In this document: positions 50,160 through 59,173 of the stretch, piece after piece | How positions within the stretch are numbered: position 1 is the stretch's first letter | How the letters are laid out: each line of letters starts with the position of its first letter | Notes under the pieces: model-generated | Database searches by the model: none | Seen by the model: the letters and a program-made list of their open reading frames with translations, nothing else | Told to the model about the DNA's origin: nothing | Position numbers and translations under genes: made by a program | Source of the DNA: an uncultured archaeon | GTDB taxonomy: Archaea; Asgardarchaeota; Lokiarchaeia; Sigyniarchaeales; SOKP01 | Direction of reading: 5' to 3' | DNA: 64,000 nt | Assembly: GCA_964525635.1 (NCBI GenBank) | Contig: CAZGJX010000003.1 | Location: 39,465 to 103,464, forward strand

Positions 50160-50214
50160 CCTTCTAATGTTTTATAAGATTTGATAATTCTACTTCTTAT
50201 AAACATCTAGAAGG
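50160..50214 (+). promoter_or_regulatory. imperfect 18-bp stem / 17-nt loop hairpin between the leader ORF and leuA/cimA
   Basis: CCTTCTAATGTTTTATAAG (50160-50178) pairs with CTTATAAACATCTAGAAGG (50196-50214) with two 1-nt bulges. The stem starts 4 nt after the leader stop codon. Confidence 0.45.
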
Positions 50215-50253
50215 TTATTGAATTAATACACAGTTTAAAGTAGGTAAAAGAAA

Positions 50254-51867
50254 ATGGTGGAAATGGATGAAATAAGTGTTTCAGGAATGATGGAAAAGAT
50301 TAGGAATACTCTTACTCTTCCGGAGAAGGCATATTTTTTTGACACAACTCTTCGTGATGGAGAACAAACACCAGGTATAAGTTTTACTCATGAAGAGAAG
50401 CTATCAATTGCCGAAGCACTTAGTAATTTAGGAATAGATATTATTGAAGCAGGATTTCCCATAACTTCTGAAGGAGATTTTACCGCTTGTAGAGATATCG
50501 CCAAGCTTGGATTGAATTCTGAGGTAATTGGATTAGCTAGAATGAAAAGAATTGATATAGACAGAGTAATAGAGGCAGACATGGACAGTATTCATGTTTT
50601 TATTTCAACTTCAGACTTACATCTAAGAGAACAAATAAAAATGACGAGAGATCAGGTAATAGACTGTATTATTGAAGAAACTACATATGCAAAAGAGCAT
50701 TATAATACAGTATTATTTTCTGCTATGGATGCGACTAGAACAGATTTAGATTATCTAATAAAAGCAAACTTAACTGCAGTTGAATGTGGTGCAACACGGG
50801 TTAATATCCCAGATACCGTTGGAACGATTACACCCACTGCTTTTGGACATATTATTAAAAAAAATTATGAAGTTTTACCTAAAAATATAAGGATTGCTGT
50901 TCATTGTCATAATGATTTTGGTCTAGCAGTTGCAAATACTATTGCTGGTTTTGAGAATGGTGCTTCTGAAGCTCAAACGGCTATCATGGGTCTTGGAGAA
51001 AGGGCTGGAAATGCCTCTTTTGAAGAGACTGCAATGTCCTTTTACGCTCTATATGGATTGCCTATGAACATTAATACAAGACTAATATTTCCAACAGCTA
51101 AATTGGTAGAGAGTTATTGTGGTGGAAAAATAAAGATTGGACGCTTGCAACCTCTAATAGGACAAAATGCTTTCGCACATGAGGCTGGAATTCATGTAGC
51201 TGGGCAGATTAAACATGCAAGAACTTTTGAACCAATAACTCCTGAATTGATAGGAATTAAAAGAACCGATAATCTAGAAGAAATAGTCAAACAATCTATA
51301 AAACTTGGAAAACATACAGGAAGTCATGGATTAAGAGCAAAATTATCTGATCTAGGATTAAATCCAACAGAAGAACAGTTTAAGAAAATCTTTGACCATG
51401 TTAAAAGTTTTGGGGATAAAGGACACGAAGTCTCAGAGGAGGATCTCTTTGCTATAGTTAAAGACGTGATGGGAGAGCTTCCAGAAGTAGAACAATATGT
51501 GATACTTGAAGAACTTACAGTCTTGACTGGTTCAGTAACTCCTACCTCAACAGTTAGATTAAGAATTAGGGACAATGGTTCCTCGATTCGTAAAACTGCT
51601 TCTTCGGTAGGAGTTGGTTCTGTTGATGCTTCTATTAAAGCAATTGTAAAATGTTTTGGACCAATGAGTAAAGTAAAACTACTTGAATATAATATTGATG
51701 CAGTTACAGGAGGGACTGAAGCATTGGGTCATGTAACAATTGAATTAATGGATCTGGATACAAATCAAATTGTAAAAACAAGTGCCACTCATGAAGATAT
51801 TGTAATGAGTTCTGTGCTTGCACTTCTTAAAGGTCTAAATCAAATAATGAAGTATAAGAGTGAATAA
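50254..51867 (+). CDS. leuA: 2-isopropylmalate synthase / (R)-citramalate synthase family
   Basis: Has FFDTTLRDGEQTPG, HCHNDFGLAVANT and a C-terminal LeuA-dimer-type regulatory domain. LeuA and CimA cannot be separated by eye. Confidence 0.9.
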   Translation: MVEMDEISVSGMMEKIRNTLTLPEKAYFFDTTLRDGEQTPGISFTHEEKLSIAEALSNLGIDIIEAGFPITSEGDFTACRDIAKLGLNSEVIGLARMKRIDIDRVIEADMDSIHVFISTSDLHLREQIKMTRDQVIDCIIEETTYAKEHYNTVLFSAMDATRTDLDYLIKANLTAVECGATRVNIPDTVGTITPTAFGHIIKKNYEVLPKNIRIAVHCHNDFGLAVANTIAGFENGASEAQTAIMGLGERAGNASFEETAMSFYALYGLPMNINTRLIFPTAKLVESYCGGKIKIGRLQPLIGQNAFAHEAGIHVAGQIKHARTFEPITPELIGIKRTDNLEEIVKQSIKLGKHTGSHGLRAKLSDLGLNPTEEQFKKIFDHVKSFGDKGHEVSEEDLFAIVKDVMGELPEVEQYVILEELTVLTGSVTPTSTVRLRIRDNGSSIRKTASSVGVGSVDASIKAIVKCFGPMSKVKLLEYNIDAVTGGTEALGHVTIELMDLDTNQIVKTSATHEDIVMSSVLALLKGLNQIMKYKSE

Positions 51868-52015
51868 TTAAATTTTATTTTTAGCTTCTCTATCTTTTTA
51901 TATTATATTTCTTGCTTTTTCAAAAAAAGAAGATATCAGAAAAATATATTCTCTATATTTAAAAATAACCATATCTTATTTCTTTACAAATAATTATAAA
52001 TTTAAATGAGAATAT

Positions 52016-53506
52016 ATGGATCCAAAAAAAAAAAAATTTTTAATTCCATTATTAGCAATTATCATAATTATTGCTATATTAATTCCTATGTTAATTATAT
52101 TATTGCAACCTCCCCCAATTAAAAATAGATTAGATGGAGATGAAGGAGTTAGAAAAGCAATTATTCTATGTAGTGCTAATGATTTCTATGGAACTGATGT
52201 AGAACTCCATTTTACAGCTGAAGGAGATTTTGGACCTGTTTGGGAACTGGAAAATGAAGGTGCTTGGAATTATGGATCGAATCCAGGTTTTGGAAATTAT
52301 ACTCCAAATGCATTATATTTCGAACCAGTAAATTCACCACCTGCATACAGTATCGCTAATTACACATATAATTATGTTGATAGAGGTAATAAGTTAATGG
52401 ATGAAAGTTTTTATATTTTGTCAGCAAGTGTTTATCTAAATACTTCAGAACCAATAATAGGACCAGGTGCACGAGTGGGAATACAATGGTTAAATGGCAG
52501 TGGTGTCGTGAGAATTGACTGGTCAAGAAATATAAATTCCACATTATATCAATGGAGATTATTAAGCGTTATGAGTCAATTTAATAATAATAGTATAGAC
52601 AATATTACAGAAATGAAACTAGTATTATCAGTTAAGGGTATTTTTATGGGAGTACCCACGGATCGTGTTTATTTTGATGATGTATTTTTAGAACGATGGG
52701 ATGCTGTTAATAAAACTGATCCTACCAATCCAAATACAAATAACTTATTGAATACTGATGGATTTCCTGCCCAAGCACTTCAAGTCTATAAGACTTTAAA
52801 GAATCATCAGTATACAGATGATAATATATTCCTTATGTTATATCATACAGGAGACGATACAATAGATATTGAAACGGGAGATGGAATTTCAAATGATTTA
52901 ACTGGAGTTATAATAGATGTAGAAAATGATGATGTTAATGCTACTAGATTCAAACAAGAGCTTAATGTTTCTGAAACCGGCTCATTTGCTTCTCAAATTA
53001 ATCCAAAAGATCAATTAATTATCTTTATGTCAGATCATGGTTCAAATGGAATACTACCTGACCGAAATGCAACATTTCATTTTGAAGCCGATCATAGTTA
53101 TATCATGGAATTAGAATTTTATAATTTAGTTAAGGATATTAATTGCACAAGAAAATTAATTAATGTTGATAGTTGTTATAGTGGAAATTTTCTAAATGAA
53201 CAGACACCAATAGGTGCTAGTTGGTATAATTTAACTAATTGTACTTATATAAGTTCTTCAGCGGACCTAGTGTCTTGGTATTGGAGCACAAATCAAAATG
53301 GTGATGGTTGGGCGGGTTCATGGTTTTTCCATCCTTTCTGGAGTCAATTAGATCAAGGTCAATCAATTTCAAATGCGTTTAATTTTGCGTTTAATTTTAT
53401 TCCTGCAGGGCATACACTACCAGTAGGTATGCGTCAATCACCATTAATATATGATAATATGGGAATAATTAATACATGGAGTTTTAACGGTCCAATCCTG
53501 CTTTAG
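52016..53506 (+). CDS. membrane-anchored clan CD cysteine peptidase, C13 (legumain/GPI8)-like, with an inserted beta-rich domain
   Basis: An N-terminal TM is followed by KAIILCSANDFYG ... LQVYKTLKNHQYTDDNIFLMLYH ... IIFMSDHGSNG (His), and 46 residues later NVDSCYSGNF (Cys). About 170 aa ending in YFDDVFLE are inserted after the first strand. Confidence 0.65.
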   Translation: MDPKKKKFLIPLLAIIIIIAILIPMLIILLQPPPIKNRLDGDEGVRKAIILCSANDFYGTDVELHFTAEGDFGPVWELENEGAWNYGSNPGFGNYTPNALYFEPVNSPPAYSIANYTYNYVDRGNKLMDESFYILSASVYLNTSEPIIGPGARVGIQWLNGSGVVRIDWSRNINSTLYQWRLLSVMSQFNNNSIDNITEMKLVLSVKGIFMGVPTDRVYFDDVFLERWDAVNKTDPTNPNTNNLLNTDGFPAQALQVYKTLKNHQYTDDNIFLMLYHTGDDTIDIETGDGISNDLTGVIIDVENDDVNATRFKQELNVSETGSFASQINPKDQLIIFMSDHGSNGILPDRNATFHFEADHSYIMELEFYNLVKDINCTRKLINVDSCYSGNFLNEQTPIGASWYNLTNCTYISSSADLVSWYWSTNQNGDGWAGSWFFHPFWSQLDQGQSISNAFNFAFNFIPAGHTLPVGMRQSPLIYDNMGIINTWSFNGPILL

Positions 53507-53618
53507 TTTAATATCTTTTTTCTTTTATTTTCTATATATTTTTAACAATAATGTTTTTTTAAAATTATTTTATATTTATCCACTATAGAGTATCTAATTA
53601 TTCTGAGACTTCTATAAA

Positions 53619-55679
53619 TTATTCGATATAAACTACCAGTAGTTCTTTTAAATTAATAAAATTTTTAAAAGAATTAACTAAATTTCCTTTTTCTAAGTCA
53701 TCTAATCCATGGTTATTCAATTTAGTAATCTTTTCTTTTAATTTTCCGTATTTGTGGAGTTCTAATAACCCATAATGATTTTTTACCTTTTCTATTGCCA
53801 TTGGACCAATATTCCATTTTATTAGATTACTTGAATTCGATTTTGTAATTTTTTTAGGCTTTATATTTTTTGGTTCAATTATAATATTTATAAAATAATT
53901 AGGGATAATATCTTCTATAACAATACTCTCTAATTGTTTTCCATATCTATTATTAAAGTGCATTTTTACATCATAATGACCTTCAATTTCTCGATTTTCT
54001 ATATTTGAATGAGTTTTTATTAAGTTAATTTGATTTTCTATAATAAAAATAATCGTTCTTGAGATTCTTTTTTGTAACTTATATGTTATTTCAAATTTTT
54101 CCTTTTTCTTTACTTCTTGAACATTCCATATTAATTCTAGTCCTGAACCCGTTAAAGTTTTTTTAGGTGATTTACCTTGATCAACAGGATTACCATTTAA
54201 TTCAATATTTGTAAGCTCAAAATTATAAGGAATAAGATCTGTTAAGATCCCTTCTTTAATAATATCATTAAAGGAGTTTTCAAAACCAGATATTACCTGA
54301 AAACTTGATATTTTATCAGATTCATTGTCATTTTCCTTTATATTTCGGATATTGATTTTTTTTTTTAACTCAATAATTTCGCCAGAAGCACTTGTAAGGA
54401 CGTATTTATTCAAAATTTCATTTTTAATCTCAACTCGATGGTGGTCTAATAATGAATTTATTTGTTTAAACATCTCTTTTTTATCATCAGATAAATCACC
54501 TACAAGTTTTTTTACGGAATATTTATCAATTATGGGTAAAATATCTTCATCTGTTTCTATTATGTTATTAAGTTCTTTAGCTTTTTCAATAAATTTTGAT
54601 ATTTGATTTTTTCTTAGCTCTTCTGATTCTTTTAAATTTGTTTTTAAATTATCAGATAATTGATTATACTTACTTTCCTTATCCTTATCTTCAATTTCCT
54701 TAACTAATTTTATTATATTTTTACAAATAGAGATTGATCTGAGGATATGATTATTATTTTGTGATTCTTCAAGTTTCTTTTCTAATTCTTGAAGATTTTT
54801 AATTTTTGTGTTATATATTTCCTCAAGAGTAGATATATCATTCTTGATATTTTCTAATTTTTTAAGTTGTTCGGGTAAATCTTTATTTTTTAATTTTTGG
54901 ATGATTGAGGTTAATTCAATTCTTGCTTCAGTATAACGCTTATTTTCTTTTAGAATCTTACATTCAGATATTACATTAGCTATATCCCTTTTTAATTGAT
55001 TTAAATCTTTAATATGGATATATCTTTCTTCGAAATTGCTCCATTTTTTGAGAATATCATCATCATATATTTCTTTCAGAAAATTTTTAGATTCATTTAA
55101 GATCTGTTCTACTGATTTAAGATCGTAAGAATCTAAAGAATTAATAATTCTTTTTTCAAGTTTAGCTAGATCCTTTTTAATAGTGTCTTGTTTCTTTTTA
55201 AATTCCTCCCAATTTTCTTTCTCTTCAATGAAAAGTGCCCTAATATCAGAAATAGATTCAAGTTTTACTTTAGTTCCATATTTTTTTTTGAAATCTATGA
55301 TCAAATTATGTGCTTGAAATATTTTCTCTTGTTCTGTTAAATTAATAAATTGAGTTTTTAATCTTTCATAAATAGTATTAATCTCTTTAGTTAATTTTCT
55401 TTTTTCTATTAATAATTCACATTTCCTAATATATTCTTCTTGTTCTTTAACAATTGATGGTAAATTGCCTTCTTTAGCAAGTTCTATTATATCCTTAGTT
55501 ACTTTTATTGCTTCTAAGAAATCTCCAAGCATAAAACAATTATTTTGAGGTATTGTTAAATCTTCAATTCTTTCGAGATATACCATTTTTTTCTTAATTA
55601 TCTTTTTCTTCTTTTTTTTTTCTATATCATACTCTTCTTCTTTATTTTCTTCTACATTATTCTCTTTCATAATCATCAC
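53619..55679 (-). CDS. long coiled-coil protein with a conserved C-terminal beta-rich module (paralog of 55680-57611)
   Basis: K/E-rich heptad-like sequence spans about aa 40-380. The C-terminal ~300 aa are collinear with the paralog (ILPII.(K/E)YSV, H(H)RV(E/K)I, L(T/I)DL(I/V)PYNFE(L/I)TNI, RRISRTII(F/Y)I). Confidence 0.5.
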   Translation of the reverse strand: MMIMKENNVEENKEEEYDIEKKKKKKIIKKKMVYLERIEDLTIPQNNCFMLGDFLEAIKVTKDIIELAKEGNLPSIVKEQEEYIRKCELLIEKRKLTKEINTIYERLKTQFINLTEQEKIFQAHNLIIDFKKKYGTKVKLESISDIRALFIEEKENWEEFKKKQDTIKKDLAKLEKRIINSLDSYDLKSVEQILNESKNFLKEIYDDDILKKWSNFEERYIHIKDLNQLKRDIANVISECKILKENKRYTEARIELTSIIQKLKNKDLPEQLKKLENIKNDISTLEEIYNTKIKNLQELEKKLEESQNNNHILRSISICKNIIKLVKEIEDKDKESKYNQLSDNLKTNLKESEELRKNQISKFIEKAKELNNIIETDEDILPIIDKYSVKKLVGDLSDDKKEMFKQINSLLDHHRVEIKNEILNKYVLTSASGEIIELKKKINIRNIKENDNESDKISSFQVISGFENSFNDIIKEGILTDLIPYNFELTNIELNGNPVDQGKSPKKTLTGSGLELIWNVQEVKKKEKFEITYKLQKRISRTIIFIIENQINLIKTHSNIENREIEGHYDVKMHFNNRYGKQLESIVIEDIIPNYFINIIIEPKNIKPKKITKSNSSNLIKWNIGPMAIEKVKNHYGLLELHKYGKLKEKITKLNNHGLDDLEKGNLVNSFKNFINLKELLVVYIE

Positions 55680-57611
55680 TTATTTTATTTTATATTCCTT
55701 AAATTGATTAATGATTTTTTCATAGAATTGTAATGTTTCTAATAAATTGCCATTATTTAAGGAATTAATACCATCTCTAGCAAGATCTTTAATGCTATTT
55801 TTTAGTTCCTCATATTTATATAATTCCATTAATCTATAGTTAAAATTAAGAACATTTTTTTCTATATTCTCGATAGACCATTTAATAATATTACCTATTT
55901 CAGTTTCATTTTGTTCTGAAGGTAATATATTTTTAGGTTCTTTAATTGAACTGATATAATACGAGGGGATAATATCTTCTATAACTAATCCATTTAATTG
56001 GTTTCCATATGAATTATTAAAAGGCATTTTTGCTTCAAATATACCCTCTAATTGAAGGGAATTTAAATTATTATGTGTATTGATTATTTTTATTTGATCG
56101 TTAAAAATATATATAATAGTTCTTGAAATTCGCCTGCGAAGTTGATAATTAATTTCGATATTTTCTTTCAGTTGGATATTTTCAAGTTTCCATTTATATT
56201 CTATTCCATCTTTAGTAAGTTGTTTATCGGGAGTTTTTTCTACTTCTTTATTATTTATTTTTATATTAGTGATCTCAAAATTATATGGGACTAAATCTAT
56301 AAGAATTGCTTCTTCAATTATCTCATCAAAGGGATTAGAAAATCCAGAATGCCCATATAATAGCAATTTTTCATTATTTTTATTTATTTTTTTTATTTCC
56401 GTGTCTTTTTCGAATTCATGAATTTCTCCTGATAAGCCAAAAAGGAATACTTTAGTTTTTATATTTTTATTTATTTTTACACGATGTTTTTCAAGTAAAA
56501 CTCCAAGTTTTTCAAGTTTCTTATTAGGTTCTTTACTTAAGTTTTCAAGAATTTCACTTACAGAGTATTCATATATTATTGGTAATGTATTCTCATTAAC
56601 CTCTATAACTTTTTTTATTTCTTTCATTTCATTGATTAATTGCTCAGATTCAATCAGTTTTTCCTTATTCTTTTCTTCTAATTCAGATTTAATTTCTTTT
56701 AGAACTAACTTATATTTTTCTTTGATCTCAGACTTTTTATGCTCTTCTGAAATGTTAATTAATTTCTCACATATTTTTAAAGCGGCATATAATTGGGATT
56801 TTTCACGATTTGTATTTAAATTTGTTTCTAGATTTTCAATCTTATTAAAAAAAACTTCATTTTTTTCTTTGAATTTTATTAAATCATTTTTTAGATTAAC
56901 AAGATTCTCTTCATAGCCTTGAATTTCGTTTTCTTGAATTAGTTTTAAAGAGTTTTCAATTTTTGACAAAATAGCATCATATTGATCTTGATTCCATGAT
57001 TTAATTAATTCTTTCTTAGAGGTTTCTATTTCATTTAGAGCTTGTTCCACTTGCTTATTTATATTCCTCCTCTTTACTTCACTGATAAAATCCTCTTGAT
57101 CAATTATGATCGATCTATCATCAAAATTTTGTGCTAACTGAATTATTTTATCTGAAATTTCAATTGCTTGGTTATATTCTTCAGAAAGGAGATATTTATC
57201 TGCTTGAGTCTTTAAATCATCTATTTCCGACATTATAGGAAATAATTTATTTTCTTGATCTTCTATTTTTTTAGTGAGCTGTTCCTTTGTTATTGTAATT
57301 CCACCAGTTTTCATACTATCAAAAAAATCTTGAGTTTCTGATTTTGCATCAATTGTTATATTTCGGAGTATTCTTAATTCAGGGTAGCTTTTCAAAAAAA
57401 TTGCTCTAACACTCGCAATATAATTTTTCAATGATTCAGATACATATTCCCCAACCCAGATATAAAGACGTTTCTGTTTGAATATATATATAGCTAAGAG
57501 GGATACAACTGAAAAATAATCGAGAATATTTTCGGGATTCTCATTTTCTTCACAACTTTCAAAACTCCCACGATATCGTAGACGAAAAATCTTTATTCCA
57601 GAGGATTGCAT
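55680..57611 (-). CDS. gelsolin-like N-terminal domain + coiled coil + C-terminal beta-rich module
   Basis: The N-terminal 100 aa read IKIFRLR..DYFSVVSLLAIYIF..KRLYIWVGEYVSESLKNYIASVRAIFLKS..ITIDAKSETQDFFDSMKTG. This parallels the gelsolin-homology pattern (IWR..F..DaYiL..lh.WlG...s.dE...AA......r..V.qg.Es..F..yFk.G). Confidence 0.5.
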   Translation of the reverse strand: MQSSGIKIFRLRYRGSFESCEENENPENILDYFSVVSLLAIYIFKQKRLYIWVGEYVSESLKNYIASVRAIFLKSYPELRILRNITIDAKSETQDFFDSMKTGGITITKEQLTKKIEDQENKLFPIMSEIDDLKTQADKYLLSEEYNQAIEISDKIIQLAQNFDDRSIIIDQEDFISEVKRRNINKQVEQALNEIETSKKELIKSWNQDQYDAILSKIENSLKLIQENEIQGYEENLVNLKNDLIKFKEKNEVFFNKIENLETNLNTNREKSQLYAALKICEKLINISEEHKKSEIKEKYKLVLKEIKSELEEKNKEKLIESEQLINEMKEIKKVIEVNENTLPIIYEYSVSEILENLSKEPNKKLEKLGVLLEKHRVKINKNIKTKVFLFGLSGEIHEFEKDTEIKKINKNNEKLLLYGHSGFSNPFDEIIEEAILIDLVPYNFEITNIKINNKEVEKTPDKQLTKDGIEYKWKLENIQLKENIEINYQLRRRISRTIIYIFNDQIKIINTHNNLNSLQLEGIFEAKMPFNNSYGNQLNGLVIEDIIPSYYISSIKEPKNILPSEQNETEIGNIIKWSIENIEKNVLNFNYRLMELYKYEELKNSIKDLARDGINSLNNGNLLETLQFYEKIINQFKEYKIK

Positions 57612-57815
57612 TATAATCTTAATATTTTATGTTTTAATTTATAATTTTCAGAATTTTAATTATTTAATAAAAAGTAATACTCATAATATTTAATTATTTT
57701 ATATGGATTTTTTTGATGTATTTTCATATATTCAATTTAATTATGAATTAAATTAATAAAATAATAAAGATAAGCCAATATTAAGGCCTATGATTTTAGG
57801 AATGTACTTGATCTT

Positions 57816-59000
57816 TTATTTTAAAAAATCTTCAATAAGATTATATACCGTTTCAAGTGTCTCTAAATCAGGTAGAAATGTTAATCTTAAATGATTCTTT
57901 CCGAAGTTTCCAAAACCTGAACCAAACACAGTACAAATACCAGTTTCTTTTAATAATTCAATAACGAATTCCTTATCATTTTTCCATTTTTTAAACTCAT
58001 TAAAATCAATCTTAGGAAAGAGATAAAAAGCACCATCAGCATTGTTAACTGAGATTCCTTCAATTTGTCTCAATCTTTTATATGAATAATCTCTTCTTTC
58101 TTTTAATTTTTCAACCATTTTATTGGTGTGAGGGCCGGGATTTTTTAGTGCCTCAATAGCAGCAAATTGAGCAATTGAATTTGCACATAGTCTTGCTCTA
58201 GCCATTTTCTCTATTGATTCTTTCAGTTCAATTAATTGCTCCTTTGGATCATAATAATAAATGTAGCCCATCCTCCAACCTGTAGCAAGATGAGCTTTTG
58301 AAAATCCATTTAGTCCAATAATTGGTATATCCTCTGTAAGAGTTGCTGGACAAAAATATTCTTTTTCAAAAACAATTTGATCATATATCTCATCTGAGAT
58401 AATTGGTATTTTGTATTCTCCTGCTAGATTTATTATATCTTTCATATTTTTAGAATTATATAAGACACCTGTAGGATTATTTGGAGAATTAATTATAATT
58501 GCTTTAGTTTTTTGTGTTATCTTTTTTCTCATATCATCAACATTTGGCTCCCAATCATTTGATTCATCAAGTTCATACTCTATAGGAACGCCATCAAAGA
58601 ATTTAGAATAAGTAATATAAATTGGGTAGGAAGGACCTGGGACTAAAATCTCATTTTGTTTTTCTAATAATCCTGCTAGTAAGAAAAATAATCCTTCTGT
58701 TACTCCTGAAGTTATTAAAATATCATTTGGTGTTATATCAATTGAATTTTTTGATTTTTCATACTTACATACTTCTTTTCTCAATTCAGGAACACCAAGG
58801 GAATCCACATAATAATTTTGCCCTGCAAAAGTCGCATCTGCTAACGCTTGTGAGATATATCTGGGTGTCATAAAGTCATATTTTACTGGATCGCCGATGT
58901 TTAAATGATATATTTCCTTCCCAGATCTCTCGACTTCATTAGCTATAACCGCAATATCTCTAATTGCATAAGAAATATCTTTTAATCTTTCCGTAACCAT
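57816..59000 (-). CDS. class I/II pyridoxal-phosphate aminotransferase (aspartate/alanine aminotransferase-like)
   Basis: Has NSPNNPTG, GFSKAHLATGWRMGY (PLP lysine) and an R near the C-terminus. Confidence 0.9.
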   Translation of the reverse strand: MVTERLKDISYAIRDIAVIANEVERSGKEIYHLNIGDPVKYDFMTPRYISQALADATFAGQNYYVDSLGVPELRKEVCKYEKSKNSIDITPNDILITSGVTEGLFFLLAGLLEKQNEILVPGPSYPIYITYSKFFDGVPIEYELDESNDWEPNVDDMRKKITQKTKAIIINSPNNPTGVLYNSKNMKDIINLAGEYKIPIISDEIYDQIVFEKEYFCPATLTEDIPIIGLNGFSKAHLATGWRMGYIYYYDPKEQLIELKESIEKMARARLCANSIAQFAAIEALKNPGPHTNKMVEKLKERRDYSYKRLRQIEGISVNNADGAFYLFPKIDFNEFKKWKNDKEFVIELLKETGICTVFGSGFGNFGKNHLRLTFLPDLETLETVYNLIEDFLK

Positions 59001-59173
59001 TAAAATTCACAGTATCAACAAAAAATAGAAATAATTAATATGCATAAAAATTATGAAAAATTAAAGAACATTATTATAAAATTAATTATATATTTTTCAA
59101 AATGTGATATATACACAAAAATATAAACTAAAATTTTTATTATTTACAAAAGTAAATTCGGTGTTAAATACTT

